25,645 bases of DNA from a virus. Made by a program: the position numbers and the translations under genes. Where the stretch lies: positions 66,523 through 92,167 of the IMG/VR virus record IMGVR_UViG_3300037307_000181; one strand, 5' to 3'. The notes below the pieces were generated by a model that was not told the DNA's origin, ran no database searches, and worked only from the letters and a program-made list of their open reading frames with translations. Shown one piece after another: positions 7,943 to 15,282 of this stretch (the first letter of the stretch is position 1; each line of letters begins with the position of its first letter).

Positions 7943-8927
7943 TCCTTCTATCCAAGCACTGCTTGATGAAACAGTAGATGACTGGGGAGACCCAAAGCTG
8001 AATCGTGAAGGGCTTGTTCCTTATGGCATCAAGCTTATTGATCAAGCACTCTATGGTATTGACACACTGAACGGAGAGGTTAGTGTAATCATTGCACCAG
8101 AAAAACAACGCAAGACTACGCTGGCTGTCAATATCCTGTGCAACTACATGACCTCTCCAAAACCAAAGGTCAAGCCATTCACAGTAGTTGACACCCTGGA
8201 AACTGGTATGCACCCGAAACGCTACCGTGACACCCTAATATCCAACATGGCTACCAGAGTCTTAATGGGTGGTGGGCACAGATACAAAACATACTGTCCA
8301 GCTTGCGATCTGGCGCAGTGTGCTCATCTCGGAATCTCTCCTGAGTTCTTGCGCTACAACACCAGGACAAATGAACAGACTAAAGCTATCTCTACTGCTA
8401 TGCAGATTATGAGAGAATGGCCTCTGTTTATCTTCGGTGCTAACCCATACCAGGGAAATACCCGCAACCTGGATGTATCCATCAAAAGAAAAGATAATCG
8501 CTGGCTGTCCGTCATTGAACAGTTCGGCGCAAAGATATTTATCGTTGACCACGTACAGCAATACAGCTTTGCTGATGAGCCAACTGATTACGAGAAGCAG
8601 TTACGGGCTGTGGCTGCTATCGGTGACATTGTAGCTCAGGAGCATGTTGTATGTTTGCTGCTGTCTCAGGTATCCCTAACATCTATCCGTGACAATAAAA
8701 GTGGAACGGGCAGACTTATGGCTGCTGGTGGAGGCAAAGCTCAACAAGAAGCAAATGTAACTTTCTCTGTTAGTTATACTCAAAATAGCGGCGAAATGAA
8801 AATAACGATAGAGGAATCACGTAAAAGCGGCACATTTTCTGTATACCAGTCTATTGAAGATACATCAGGCGCATTCTATGGGGATGCAAGGGAGTTTTAT
8901 AGTCCTAAATCTAACACTGCTGAGTAG
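7929..8927 (+). CDS. DnaB-like (SF4/RecA-fold) helicase C-terminal domain with degenerate Walker A
   Basis: G..YGIKLID..LYG, VIIAPEKQRKTT (Walker A position), TLE, IFIVDHVQ (Walker B), LLLSQ, QQEANV. GTG start at 7929 after GGAGG. Confidence 0.7.
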   Translation: MSEYNPSIQALLDETVDDWGDPKLNREGLVPYGIKLIDQALYGIDTLNGEVSVIIAPEKQRKTTLAVNILCNYMTSPKPKVKPFTVVDTLETGMHPKRYRDTLISNMATRVLMGGGHRYKTYCPACDLAQCAHLGISPEFLRYNTRTNEQTKAISTAMQIMREWPLFIFGANPYQGNTRNLDVSIKRKDNRWLSVIEQFGAKIFIVDHVQQYSFADEPTDYEKQLRAVAAIGDIVAQEHVVCLLLSQVSLTSIRDNKSGTGRLMAAGGGKAQQEANVTFSVSYTQNSGEMKITIEESRKSGTFSVYQSIEDTSGAFYGDAREFYSPKSNTAE

Positions 8928-8940
8928 CCCAATTTCGTTA

Positions 8941-8969
8941 TTGACATATACTACTTATGGTGCTATACT
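8941..8969 (+). promoter_or_regulatory. Sigma70/sigmaA-type promoter
   Basis: TTGACA, 17 nt spacer, TATACT with extended TG. Confidence 0.85.
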
Positions 8970-9004
8970 TACAAGCACTAAATAAAACGAAAGGCGGTTT
9001 ACAC

Positions 9005-9295
9005 ATGGGCTATACAATATTAAAACCAGTTGATGCAGATGAAATCCCTGACTGGCAACGCAGACCTCCTAAGTGGAGTGATTTGGTAGATGCCGTACTG
9101 GAACTACCAGTTGGAAAAGGTATCCCCGTAATATTTGATGATGAGGCGATAGCAAAACGTGCTAGGAATGCAGTCCGTGATGCCGCCAACCTCAGAGAAG
9201 GTGAGATATCTGTCAGGACACGCCTAGTTCAGAACAATGATGGCACAACAACCCTGTTTCTAACCAGAGTTAATCCACCAAAACCAAAAGAATAG
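9005..9295 (+). CDS. Small hypothetical protein (96 aa)
   Basis: Start moved to ATG 9005 (AAGGCGG upstream) because the track start at 8957 lies inside the promoter. Confidence 0.7.
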   Translation: MGYTILKPVDADEIPDWQRRPPKWSDLVDAVLELPVGKGIPVIFDDEAIAKRARNAVRDAANLREGEISVRTRLVQNNDGTTTLFLTRVNPPKPKE

Positions 9296-9321
9296 TACAA
9301 AAAGATTAACAACTTAATAAC

Positions 9322-9347
9322 AGCCCATTATTTTAATGGGCTATTTT
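9322..9347 (+). terminator. Hairpin, probable weak terminator
   Basis: AGCCCATTA-TTT-TAATGGGCT followed by ATTTT. Confidence 0.6.
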
Positions 9348-9360
9348 AATTGGAGGCACT

Positions 9361-10380
9361 ATGGAGTTGAGTGTACAATTTAATGATACGGCAGAGAAAG
9401 AAATTGTATCCCTGGTAAAAAAGATGGAGCTACTGCCCATCGTGGAGGCACTGAGGAATGACAGCAGTCTATCTGATGACCTGCGCAGGTCTCTATCATC
9501 TATGCTTGAAATCATTGTGGATATTTTTTCTTCTGATTTACCTGCTATAGAAAAAGACCCCGAAGAAACCCTGATGATTGTTAGTAGAGATATCAACTTG
9601 GCACGGCTGCTGCGTGAACGTGGTCTCTTCCGTCTATACCAATTGGCTAATGAGCGTGTTACTGTCGATCCTGAGACTGGTCAGCAGTCTGATGATGGTG
9701 TGCACATCCCCCTATTTATGTTGATCACAAACCCGATGACTAGCGCAAGGTTTGCTACCCAGGAGGAGTTTATCGGGTGGTTCTGTTCGGAGGCACACGT
9801 TGCCAGATCAATGGTGTTTGGCAGGTTCTCTACCATCGACAGAACCATGTCACTTGGGTACAGCCTGGAAGATACATTTAATCTGGTAATGAAGAAACCC
9901 TATGCTATCCGAGAGACCCTGAACCTAGTAGCTGAGTGGGAAAAGGGTGAACTGGTCAGCATCAATCCAGATGTGGCTGTACAAATTGCCAGGAAAATCT
10001 CACCTGATATAGCAGACCAGATTGAAATCCTGGCAGAGCAGGTGAAAAAAGATGACAGTCGAATGCACGAGTTATCAGATGCTATGAAACCTGTGATAGC
10101 AGACCTACTGCAAGAAGTAGCAGACCATGATCGTGCCAAAGATGCCCTGGAGTTTGTGCGCTATGATGTATTGGGCAAGCCGGAGATCGAGTATGAGTGG
10201 GATGATGACCTGGGAGCTTTGGTGATCACGTTCATTCAAAAGGGTATTGATGATACTGGTACTGAGCACATTATGGATGCTGTCAAAATACCTTTCGTTC
10301 CAGATATCATTACCCTGCCAGAAGAAGTCAAGGGAGACCTGATCCGCAGACTTCCGGTAAAAAATAAATATGTCTCTTGA
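9361..10380 (+). CDS. Hypothetical acidic, mostly helical protein (339 aa)
   Basis: GGAGG RBS and long ORF. No catalytic motif recognised. Confidence 0.75.
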   Translation: MELSVQFNDTAEKEIVSLVKKMELLPIVEALRNDSSLSDDLRRSLSSMLEIIVDIFSSDLPAIEKDPEETLMIVSRDINLARLLRERGLFRLYQLANERVTVDPETGQQSDDGVHIPLFMLITNPMTSARFATQEEFIGWFCSEAHVARSMVFGRFSTIDRTMSLGYSLEDTFNLVMKKPYAIRETLNLVAEWEKGELVSINPDVAVQIARKISPDIADQIEILAEQVKKDDSRMHELSDAMKPVIADLLQEVADHDRAKDALEFVRYDVLGKPEIEYEWDDDLGALVITFIQKGIDDTGTEHIMDAVKIPFVPDIITLPEEVKGDLIRRLPVKNKYVS

Positions 10381-10405
10381 CACAATTCAATATCTATGCT
10401 ATAAT
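10377..10405 (+). promoter_or_regulatory. Sigma70/sigmaA-type promoter
   Basis: TTGACA (overlapping the upstream stop), 17 nt spacer, TATAAT with extended TG. Confidence 0.85.
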
Positions 10406-10439
10406 TACAGTACGATAAATTGACAAGGAGAATAACTCT

Positions 10440-11282
10440 ATGACTAATCAAATTGTACAAGGCAGAAACTTTTTACGGGAATATTGTACGCTGACTGGCT
10501 TTACCATGAGTGAAGCCCTCACACAAATGCAAGCTGTGCTCCCTCCAGCCGCATACAAATCTATCCCAGGGAGCAATGCCGACCTAACTGACATTGATCC
10601 TAGCTACCTGACTGAGTGGGCTACTCGTCTCTTCGGTGCTTGTGGCATCGGCTGGTTCTATGACTATGCACCTGAAAGCCTGTCAATCGTAGCTACTGAA
10701 AAGACAGCAAAGAGTGGTCGCCAGTACACTAACTATGATGCACTTATCACACGCCTGGAACTGGTATACACCTACTTTGACAACGATGGAAACCAGCACT
10801 TCTCTACACCAATCGTTTCAAATGGTGGTAGCGGGAACGAGGATCGTGGCTATGCTGTTCGTGGTGCAATCACCAACGCTATCGGTGCTGCATTTGCTAA
10901 GTTGCTGTGGCAGCTACCTGTATACAAAGGTATTGTTACCCACCAGAACGCTGCTGAGAAATACAGCGCACAGCAGAAGAAAGCCGGAGTCAGTGGCAAC
11001 GTCAGTGAAACCAGCAAAGCTGCTGAGGTAAAACCAGAACTCAACTTGAGCCTGAAAGTTCCAGAGAACACGAACATCCCAACGGGTGGGCAAACTCTAG
11101 AGGCAGTCTGCAAAGACAAACAGTTTGGTGAAGCCACCCTGACCTTTCTGGCGGGAAGACGACCTAACGTAGCTGGTGTAGTCTTTGATCCAGCAGATGA
11201 CGAAGGCAAGCTGATCAAGGAGACCTGCAACGAAATCCTGGACTCAGGAAACTACGAAAAAACAAGTAAGAAAGCTAAGTAA
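10440..11282 (+). CDS. Rad52/Sak-like single-strand annealing protein
   Basis: LTDIDPSY..E.ATRLFGACGIGW and A..GAITNAI..A...L....VY match the Rad52/22 fold signature. Basic linker and variable C-terminus. Confidence 0.75.
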   Translation: MTNQIVQGRNFLREYCTLTGFTMSEALTQMQAVLPPAAYKSIPGSNADLTDIDPSYLTEWATRLFGACGIGWFYDYAPESLSIVATEKTAKSGRQYTNYDALITRLELVYTYFDNDGNQHFSTPIVSNGGSGNEDRGYAVRGAITNAIGAAFAKLLWQLPVYKGIVTHQNAAEKYSAQQKKAGVSGNVSETSKAAEVKPELNLSLKVPENTNIPTGGQTLEAVCKDKQFGEATLTFLAGRRPNVAGVVFDPADDEGKLIKETCNEILDSGNYEKTSKKAK

Positions 11283-11289
11283 TGCAACT

Positions 11290-11318
11290 AGCCTGGGAGA
11301 AATCCCAGGCTTTTATTT
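11290..11318 (+). terminator. Rho-independent terminator with GAAA tetraloop, ending the left arm
   Basis: AGCCTGGGA-GAAA-TCCCAGGCT followed by TTTATTT. Confidence 0.85.
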
Positions 11319-11420
11319 AAGTAAGTGATCTTCTGGTGACAACAAAGACCACCGCATAGTAATATTCCCCAAGTGCAGAATATGGTAAAATAGTGCAGAG
11401 GCTCAATGTCAGAGAGCCAC

Positions 11421-11460
11421 AAAAAAGACCACCCACCTGTGGGAAGTGAGCAGTCTTTTT
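11421..11460 (-). terminator. Probable (bidirectional) terminator downstream of the tRNA
   Basis: AAAAAGAC and GTCTTTTT enclose an inner CCCAC/GTGGG pair, giving U tracts on both strands. Confidence 0.55.
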
Positions 11461-11623
11461 GTAGAGAGAACCCTATATATGGGGGTAATGGCGAGGGTGG
11501 GACTTGAACCCACAACCAATGGCTTATGAGTCCACTGCTCCACCGTTGAGCTACCTCGCCTGATTTTATACCCCTATATATGGTGTTCTTCATCCCCATA
11601 GACCTATCTCATCCCACAGGTGG
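11433..11623. repeat. Nested inverted and direct repeats enclosing the tRNA; candidate attP region
   Basis: Perfect 12-bp inverted repeat CCACCTGTGGGA (11433-11444) / TCCCACAGGTGG (11612-11623). 12-bp direct repeat CCCTATATATGG (11471-11482 and 11572-11583). Confidence 0.7.
11489..11560 (-). tRNA. tRNA with CAU anticodon (elongator Met or lysidine-modified Ile2); CCA not encoded
   Basis: Reverse complement folds as GGCGAGG TA GCTC-AACGGTG-GAGC A GTGGA-CTCATAA-GCCAT TGGTT GTGGG-TTCAAGT-CCCAC CCTCGCC A. Not an initiator: G1-C72 is paired and the anticodon stem lacks three G-C pairs. Confidence 0.93.
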
Positions 11624-11655
11624 CACTACTTTTCCAGCCTTCGGAGGAGGCCACC

Positions 11656-12585
11656 ATGAACGTAGAGCAAGGGTCATCAAAACAAGAAGAAGAATACTAT
11701 ATAGAACCGATGGTAAAAGCATTCCTTTTGGACTGCAAAGCACGTAGTCTCGCCAGGGGTACAATCTACTTCTATGAGACAAAGCTATTCCTGTTTGTCA
11801 GGCACTGTGCACAAAACCAACTGTGGAAATTCACAGACCTGAGCACAGGCGATGTGCGTCAATTCCTGGCAGATATGCACGACAAGGGTCACAACAAAGG
11901 CGGCGTATGGGGCATCTACCGAGCACTAAAAACATTCCTGTTCTGGTGGGAGAACGAGGTCGAGCCACCCAACTGGAAGAATCCAATCCGCAAGATCAAG
12001 ACTCCAGATATCCCTAAGGAAATCCTCGATCCTGTAGAAATAGATGACCTGGACGATCTGCTTGACGTGTGCCAGCGGGGTACATTCACAGGGGATCGAG
12101 ATCGTGCTATCTTCATGTGCCTGTTTGACACTGGTGCACGTGCACAAGAGTTTCTAGATATTGACCTATCCGATGTTCGCATCACAACGGGGGAAATCAC
12201 AATCCACAGCGGCAAAGGGGGAAAGACACGCCAAGTCTACCTTGGCAGTAAGAGCCGCAAATCACTTCGAACCTACCTGAAATACCGAACAGATTCACAG
12301 CCAGCTTTATGGGTCACAGACAACCAGGAGGATCGCCTAACCTACTGGGGTCTCAGGCAGATTCTCAGGCGCAGGTCTGAGAAAGCCATGCTCACCCACG
12401 AGCTAACCTTGCACAGCTTCCGCAGAGGCTTCGCCCTGAACATGCTGCGCAATGGGGCAGACATCTATGCCATTCAAGGACTCATGGGACACGAGACTCT
12501 AACCATCCTGAGCCGATACATCAAGCAGACGGATGCAGACCGAGCAGCAGCCCATAGACTAGGATCACCTGTTGACAACAAATAA
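11656..12585 (+). CDS. int: Tyrosine recombinase / phage integrase (XerC/D-like)
   Basis: Catalytic set R (DTGARAQE), K (GKGGK), HxxR (LHSFRR), H (LMGH) and Y (SRY), plus an N-terminal core-binding domain. GGAGGAGG RBS before ATG 11656. Confidence 0.95.
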   Translation: MNVEQGSSKQEEEYYIEPMVKAFLLDCKARSLARGTIYFYETKLFLFVRHCAQNQLWKFTDLSTGDVRQFLADMHDKGHNKGGVWGIYRALKTFLFWWENEVEPPNWKNPIRKIKTPDIPKEILDPVEIDDLDDLLDVCQRGTFTGDRDRAIFMCLFDTGARAQEFLDIDLSDVRITTGEITIHSGKGGKTRQVYLGSKSRKSLRTYLKYRTDSQPALWVTDNQEDRLTYWGLRQILRRRSEKAMLTHELTLHSFRRGFALNMLRNGADIYAIQGLMGHETLTILSRYIKQTDADRAAAHRLGSPVDNK

Positions 12586-12602
12586 CCTATTATATGAAGA
12601 AA

Positions 12603-12629
12603 CCCACGCCTAAAAGCGGGGGATTTTTT
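12603..12629 (+). terminator. Imperfect hairpin terminator between convergent genes
   Basis: CCCACGC-CTAAAA-GCGGGGG followed by ATTTTTT. Confidence 0.55.
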
Positions 12630-12631
12630 GT

Positions 12632-13504
12632 TTATGCTACCTGTCTTGATAGTATTTTGACTGCATTTTTGTATGTGTTATCCAGATACTTGTTTCGATC
12701 TGGTTGTGTGATATAGTGCATTGGTTTCTCTTTCGAGAACCTCTCTTCAATCTGCTCGGCACTCCACCCATTGATCACTAGGTGCATCACCAGTGCAAAC
12801 TCTGCCTCAGACCTGGATGGATAGAACTTGTTCTCAAGGATTTCACCTGTCCTGTAGTCAATCATCGGGATGCGCTGACCAGTCCTGGCAAACCTCAGTG
12901 CCTCAAACAAGCGGATCGCTGGAGGGTTTGCTCTGAACGGTCTGTTGCTGATATCTTTGATGCCTTGCTTGCCCTGGTAGTCTCCCTTGACTCTGGTGAG
13001 GACTTGTAGACTTGACCAGAGCACAGGTGGCTGTATCTCAGCAAACGCATCAATCCCACCCTGGATGAACTCGTACTCACCCTCCGGCAGCTTGCTGCCT
13101 GGAGCTAGAACATAGGCAGGTCTGCGCACTCTTAGTTCACCATCACCGATCTCAGGAGGAAGCTTGTAGTATGCCTGGGCATCATCGGGCACGTCAAAAA
13201 CTTTCATCCAGAAGTGGTTGGTCTTGCGCTTCGGTGTGCGCACAACTGTCACCCACTCCATCAGCTTCATGTCATACAGCAACTTGATCACGTTGTCCCT
13301 AGCCTGATCGCTGTCTGCATCAATCACCAGGAAGCCATTCTCGCTGCCAGTAAACAGACCGATATTAGAGTCTTTGCTAAAAGCGTGTGTCTTTTCTACT
13401 GATGACAGTGAACAGCCACGCACAGGCTCTTTGCTGTTTGGTTGAAGCGGGAACAGGATAAAACCAGCTTCTTTATATTTTCCAACAAGTTCACGAATGT
13501 CCAT
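12632..13504 (-). CDS. Bifunctional DNA primase/polymerase (Prim-Pol, AEP superfamily) with helical C-terminal domain
   Basis: Y...GF.LFPL.PNSKEP, NIGLFTG, LVIDAD, VRTP..HFW, YVLAPGS..Y; C-terminal SRSEAEFAL and YL..T..NA. Confidence 0.85.
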   Translation of the reverse strand: MDIRELVGKYKEAGFILFPLQPNSKEPVRGCSLSSVEKTHAFSKDSNIGLFTGSENGFLVIDADSDQARDNVIKLLYDMKLMEWVTVVRTPKRKTNHFWMKVFDVPDDAQAYYKLPPEIGDGELRVRRPAYVLAPGSKLPEGEYEFIQGGIDAFAEIQPPVLWSSLQVLTRVKGDYQGKQGIKDISNRPFRANPPAIRLFEALRFARTGQRIPMIDYRTGEILENKFYPSRSEAEFALVMHLVINGWSAEQIEERFSKEKPMHYITQPDRNKYLDNTYKNAVKILSRQVA

Positions 13505-13531
13505 GTCTCCTCCAGACTTTGCACGTGCAAA

Positions 13532-14533
13532 CTATATCTCTTCTTCATCTTCGGTATCGAGAGTGGCATATGCATTCAGGTTGTACTTCTCGATAACAGG
13601 ATAGTCCTCTGCCTTGATCTTCCCGATGCGAATGTGCTTCAACGCACGGTTGATATCCAGGATTGTTTGGTGGTGAAACTTCTCGAAGTCCTCTGGAGTC
13701 TGATATCCGTACAAAACACTCAGATAAAGACTGCGAGACACATTCCAGTTTACTTCAAAGATTCCCCTGGATTCATTGAACACAAGCTCAGGTTCAAGTG
13801 TAGGAAGTTCATTGTTTTTGAAGTAGCTAGTCATCCTGGTGATATCTGTATAGAACTTCTCTCTAAGTTCATCATCTTTTCTACTGACTACAATCTCGGC
13901 AACTGTGAAATCATCTTTCGATACATACAGCAATATACCCTGCTGAATACCAGACATTTCCAGGTAAGCATAAAGCTGTAGCTTGTTGTGATTGTAACCT
14001 TTGAAGTTACCAAACTCATCACGATTACCCTTCTTCCAGAATGCCATCGAGTTGATTGATTTCACCTCAACAAGCATCGGTTCTGGCAATCCATGCGGAT
14101 ACATTTCCTTCAAACCTTCCAAGATTGATGTAGCCTTTCCTTCGAGCAGACCATCATCCAGACCAGCACCAAATTCTTTTAGGTTCTTATCAATACTGGC
14201 TTGTACATCATCCCAACCAGAGAAACCACCCACCAGGGCATCCAACTTACCAACAACCTTCAGGTGATCCTCTGTCTCAGACAGCTCAAGCCAGTCTTGT
14301 GTACTCTTTAGGATACCCGCCATCGCCAGTGAACGAACTACGATAAACTCAATGACTTTTCCAGCATCAAAGATGCGCAGTGTACGCTCATTGAATGGGT
14401 TGGTTATTGGAGTCCCAAGCATAGACTGGTAGCGATCTGCAAAAGACATACCGATCTCAGATGACCTGATGTAATTGCGATACTTCGGAGGTCTTTCCTC
14501 CCTAACTACTTTGTTCCAGTGCTCTTGAATCAT
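13532..14533 (-). CDS. PD-(D/E)XK exonuclease (solo Cas4/RecB-like)
   Basis: RSSEIG, F..G...E, GKLDAL, LVEVKS, QLYAY, GILLYVSKD. Start at the ATGA overlap (GTG 14539 is an alternative). Confidence 0.8.
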   Translation of the reverse strand: MIQEHWNKVVREERPPKYRNYIRSSEIGMSFADRYQSMLGTPITNPFNERTLRIFDAGKVIEFIVVRSLAMAGILKSTQDWLELSETEDHLKVVGKLDALVGGFSGWDDVQASIDKNLKEFGAGLDDGLLEGKATSILEGLKEMYPHGLPEPMLVEVKSINSMAFWKKGNRDEFGNFKGYNHNKLQLYAYLEMSGIQQGILLYVSKDDFTVAEIVVSRKDDELREKFYTDITRMTSYFKNNELPTLEPELVFNESRGIFEVNWNVSRSLYLSVLYGYQTPEDFEKFHHQTILDINRALKHIRIGKIKAEDYPVIEKYNLNAYATLDTEDEEEI

Positions 14534-15261
14534 TTGCACCTCTGCAAGTAAGTCGGTGTAAACCAGCTAACGAAGTCCAGCCTCTTTGGTGGGTTAGACA
14601 TCCACGATGTGTTAGGCTCTCTGATGCTAAAACACATTCTAACAGTAGCCAGATCGCCTATAAAAATTGACTGATATTTACCACTACCAGACAGCCAGCT
14701 TATTGTCTTTGTTTCTTCTACTTTTTGTGTAAGATACAGCAACTGGTTTACATCTTCTGCAAGATATGTCAACACAGCGTCATGTTCTCCAGCAGCCCAC
14801 AGTGCAGGGGCTTGCGCCCCGCCCATATCCGTGATTATCCGACCATTTTTAAGGGCTACTTCATGCTTCTTGCCCTCCAGACCAGCACCACGACAAGCTT
14901 TGTCTAGTCCAAGATAATGACCCTTAGTAAATGTAACAATTAGCATCAAATCAACATGCTCCAACACCAACTTGCTACAGTCATCAAACCTACCAGACTC
15001 GTGGGCAAGAACCTGGAAATCAAACCCACACCCGTTCCACGTTACTATGGTAAAACCCTGCTTTGTCAGGTCTACCAATGTGTCAACAAGCTTATTTGCA
15101 TCTTCTCTCACCATACCGCTGTGATTGTAGAAAAAATCAGGTTCTGTTTTGTCACTTCTACGGATGGCAGCGCAGGAAATCCCTAGCTTACTATAATCCA
15201 CTGCTTCATCTGGCTTCATTTCTCTCAGAATCTCTAAATCGAATGTAGCTATTTTCATCAC
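14530..15261 (-). CDS. Stand-alone DEDDy / RNase H-fold 3'-5' exonuclease
   Basis: ExoI TFDLEI, ExoII VTWNGCGFDF, HVDLM, GLDKA, ExoIII YLAEDV. Confidence 0.8.
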   Translation of the reverse strand: MMKIATFDLEILREMKPDEAVDYSKLGISCAAIRRSDKTEPDFFYNHSGMVREDANKLVDTLVDLTKQGFTIVTWNGCGFDFQVLAHESGRFDDCSKLVLEHVDLMLIVTFTKGHYLGLDKACRGAGLEGKKHEVALKNGRIITDMGGAQAPALWAAGEHDAVLTYLAEDVNQLLYLTQKVEETKTISWLSGSGKYQSIFIGDLATVRMCFSIREPNTSWMSNPPKRLDFVSWFTPTYLQRCK

Positions 15262-15282
15262 ACTCTCTCCCGTTATTTATCG

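Noticed and set aside
8957-9004. Longer N-termini in the ORF track (starts at 1396, 4318, 7905, 8957, 11620, 23615, 24389)
   Set aside because: They overlap promoters or upstream genes, while downstream starts have clear RBSs or ATGA coupling.
11489-11560. tRNA as a host gene marking a prophage boundary (attL/attR)
   Set aside because: Both flanks are phage-like and share the same promoter motif, so no host DNA is evident; attP or a phage-borne tRNA fits better.
11288-11599. 103-aa ORF on the - strand
   Set aside because: It runs through the tRNA, repeats and terminators and has no convincing RBS; it is a chance reading frame.
13442-13981. 179-aa + strand ORF and similar antisense ORFs (17369-17770, 17792-18358, 21638-22120, 23158-23754, 10850-11230)
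   Set aside because: They shadow well-supported genes on the opposite strand and show no recognisable motifs or expression signals.
13532-14533. Cas4 as evidence of a CRISPR-Cas locus
   Set aside because: No repeat-spacer array or other cas genes are in the window; solo PD-(D/E)XK nucleases are common in phages.
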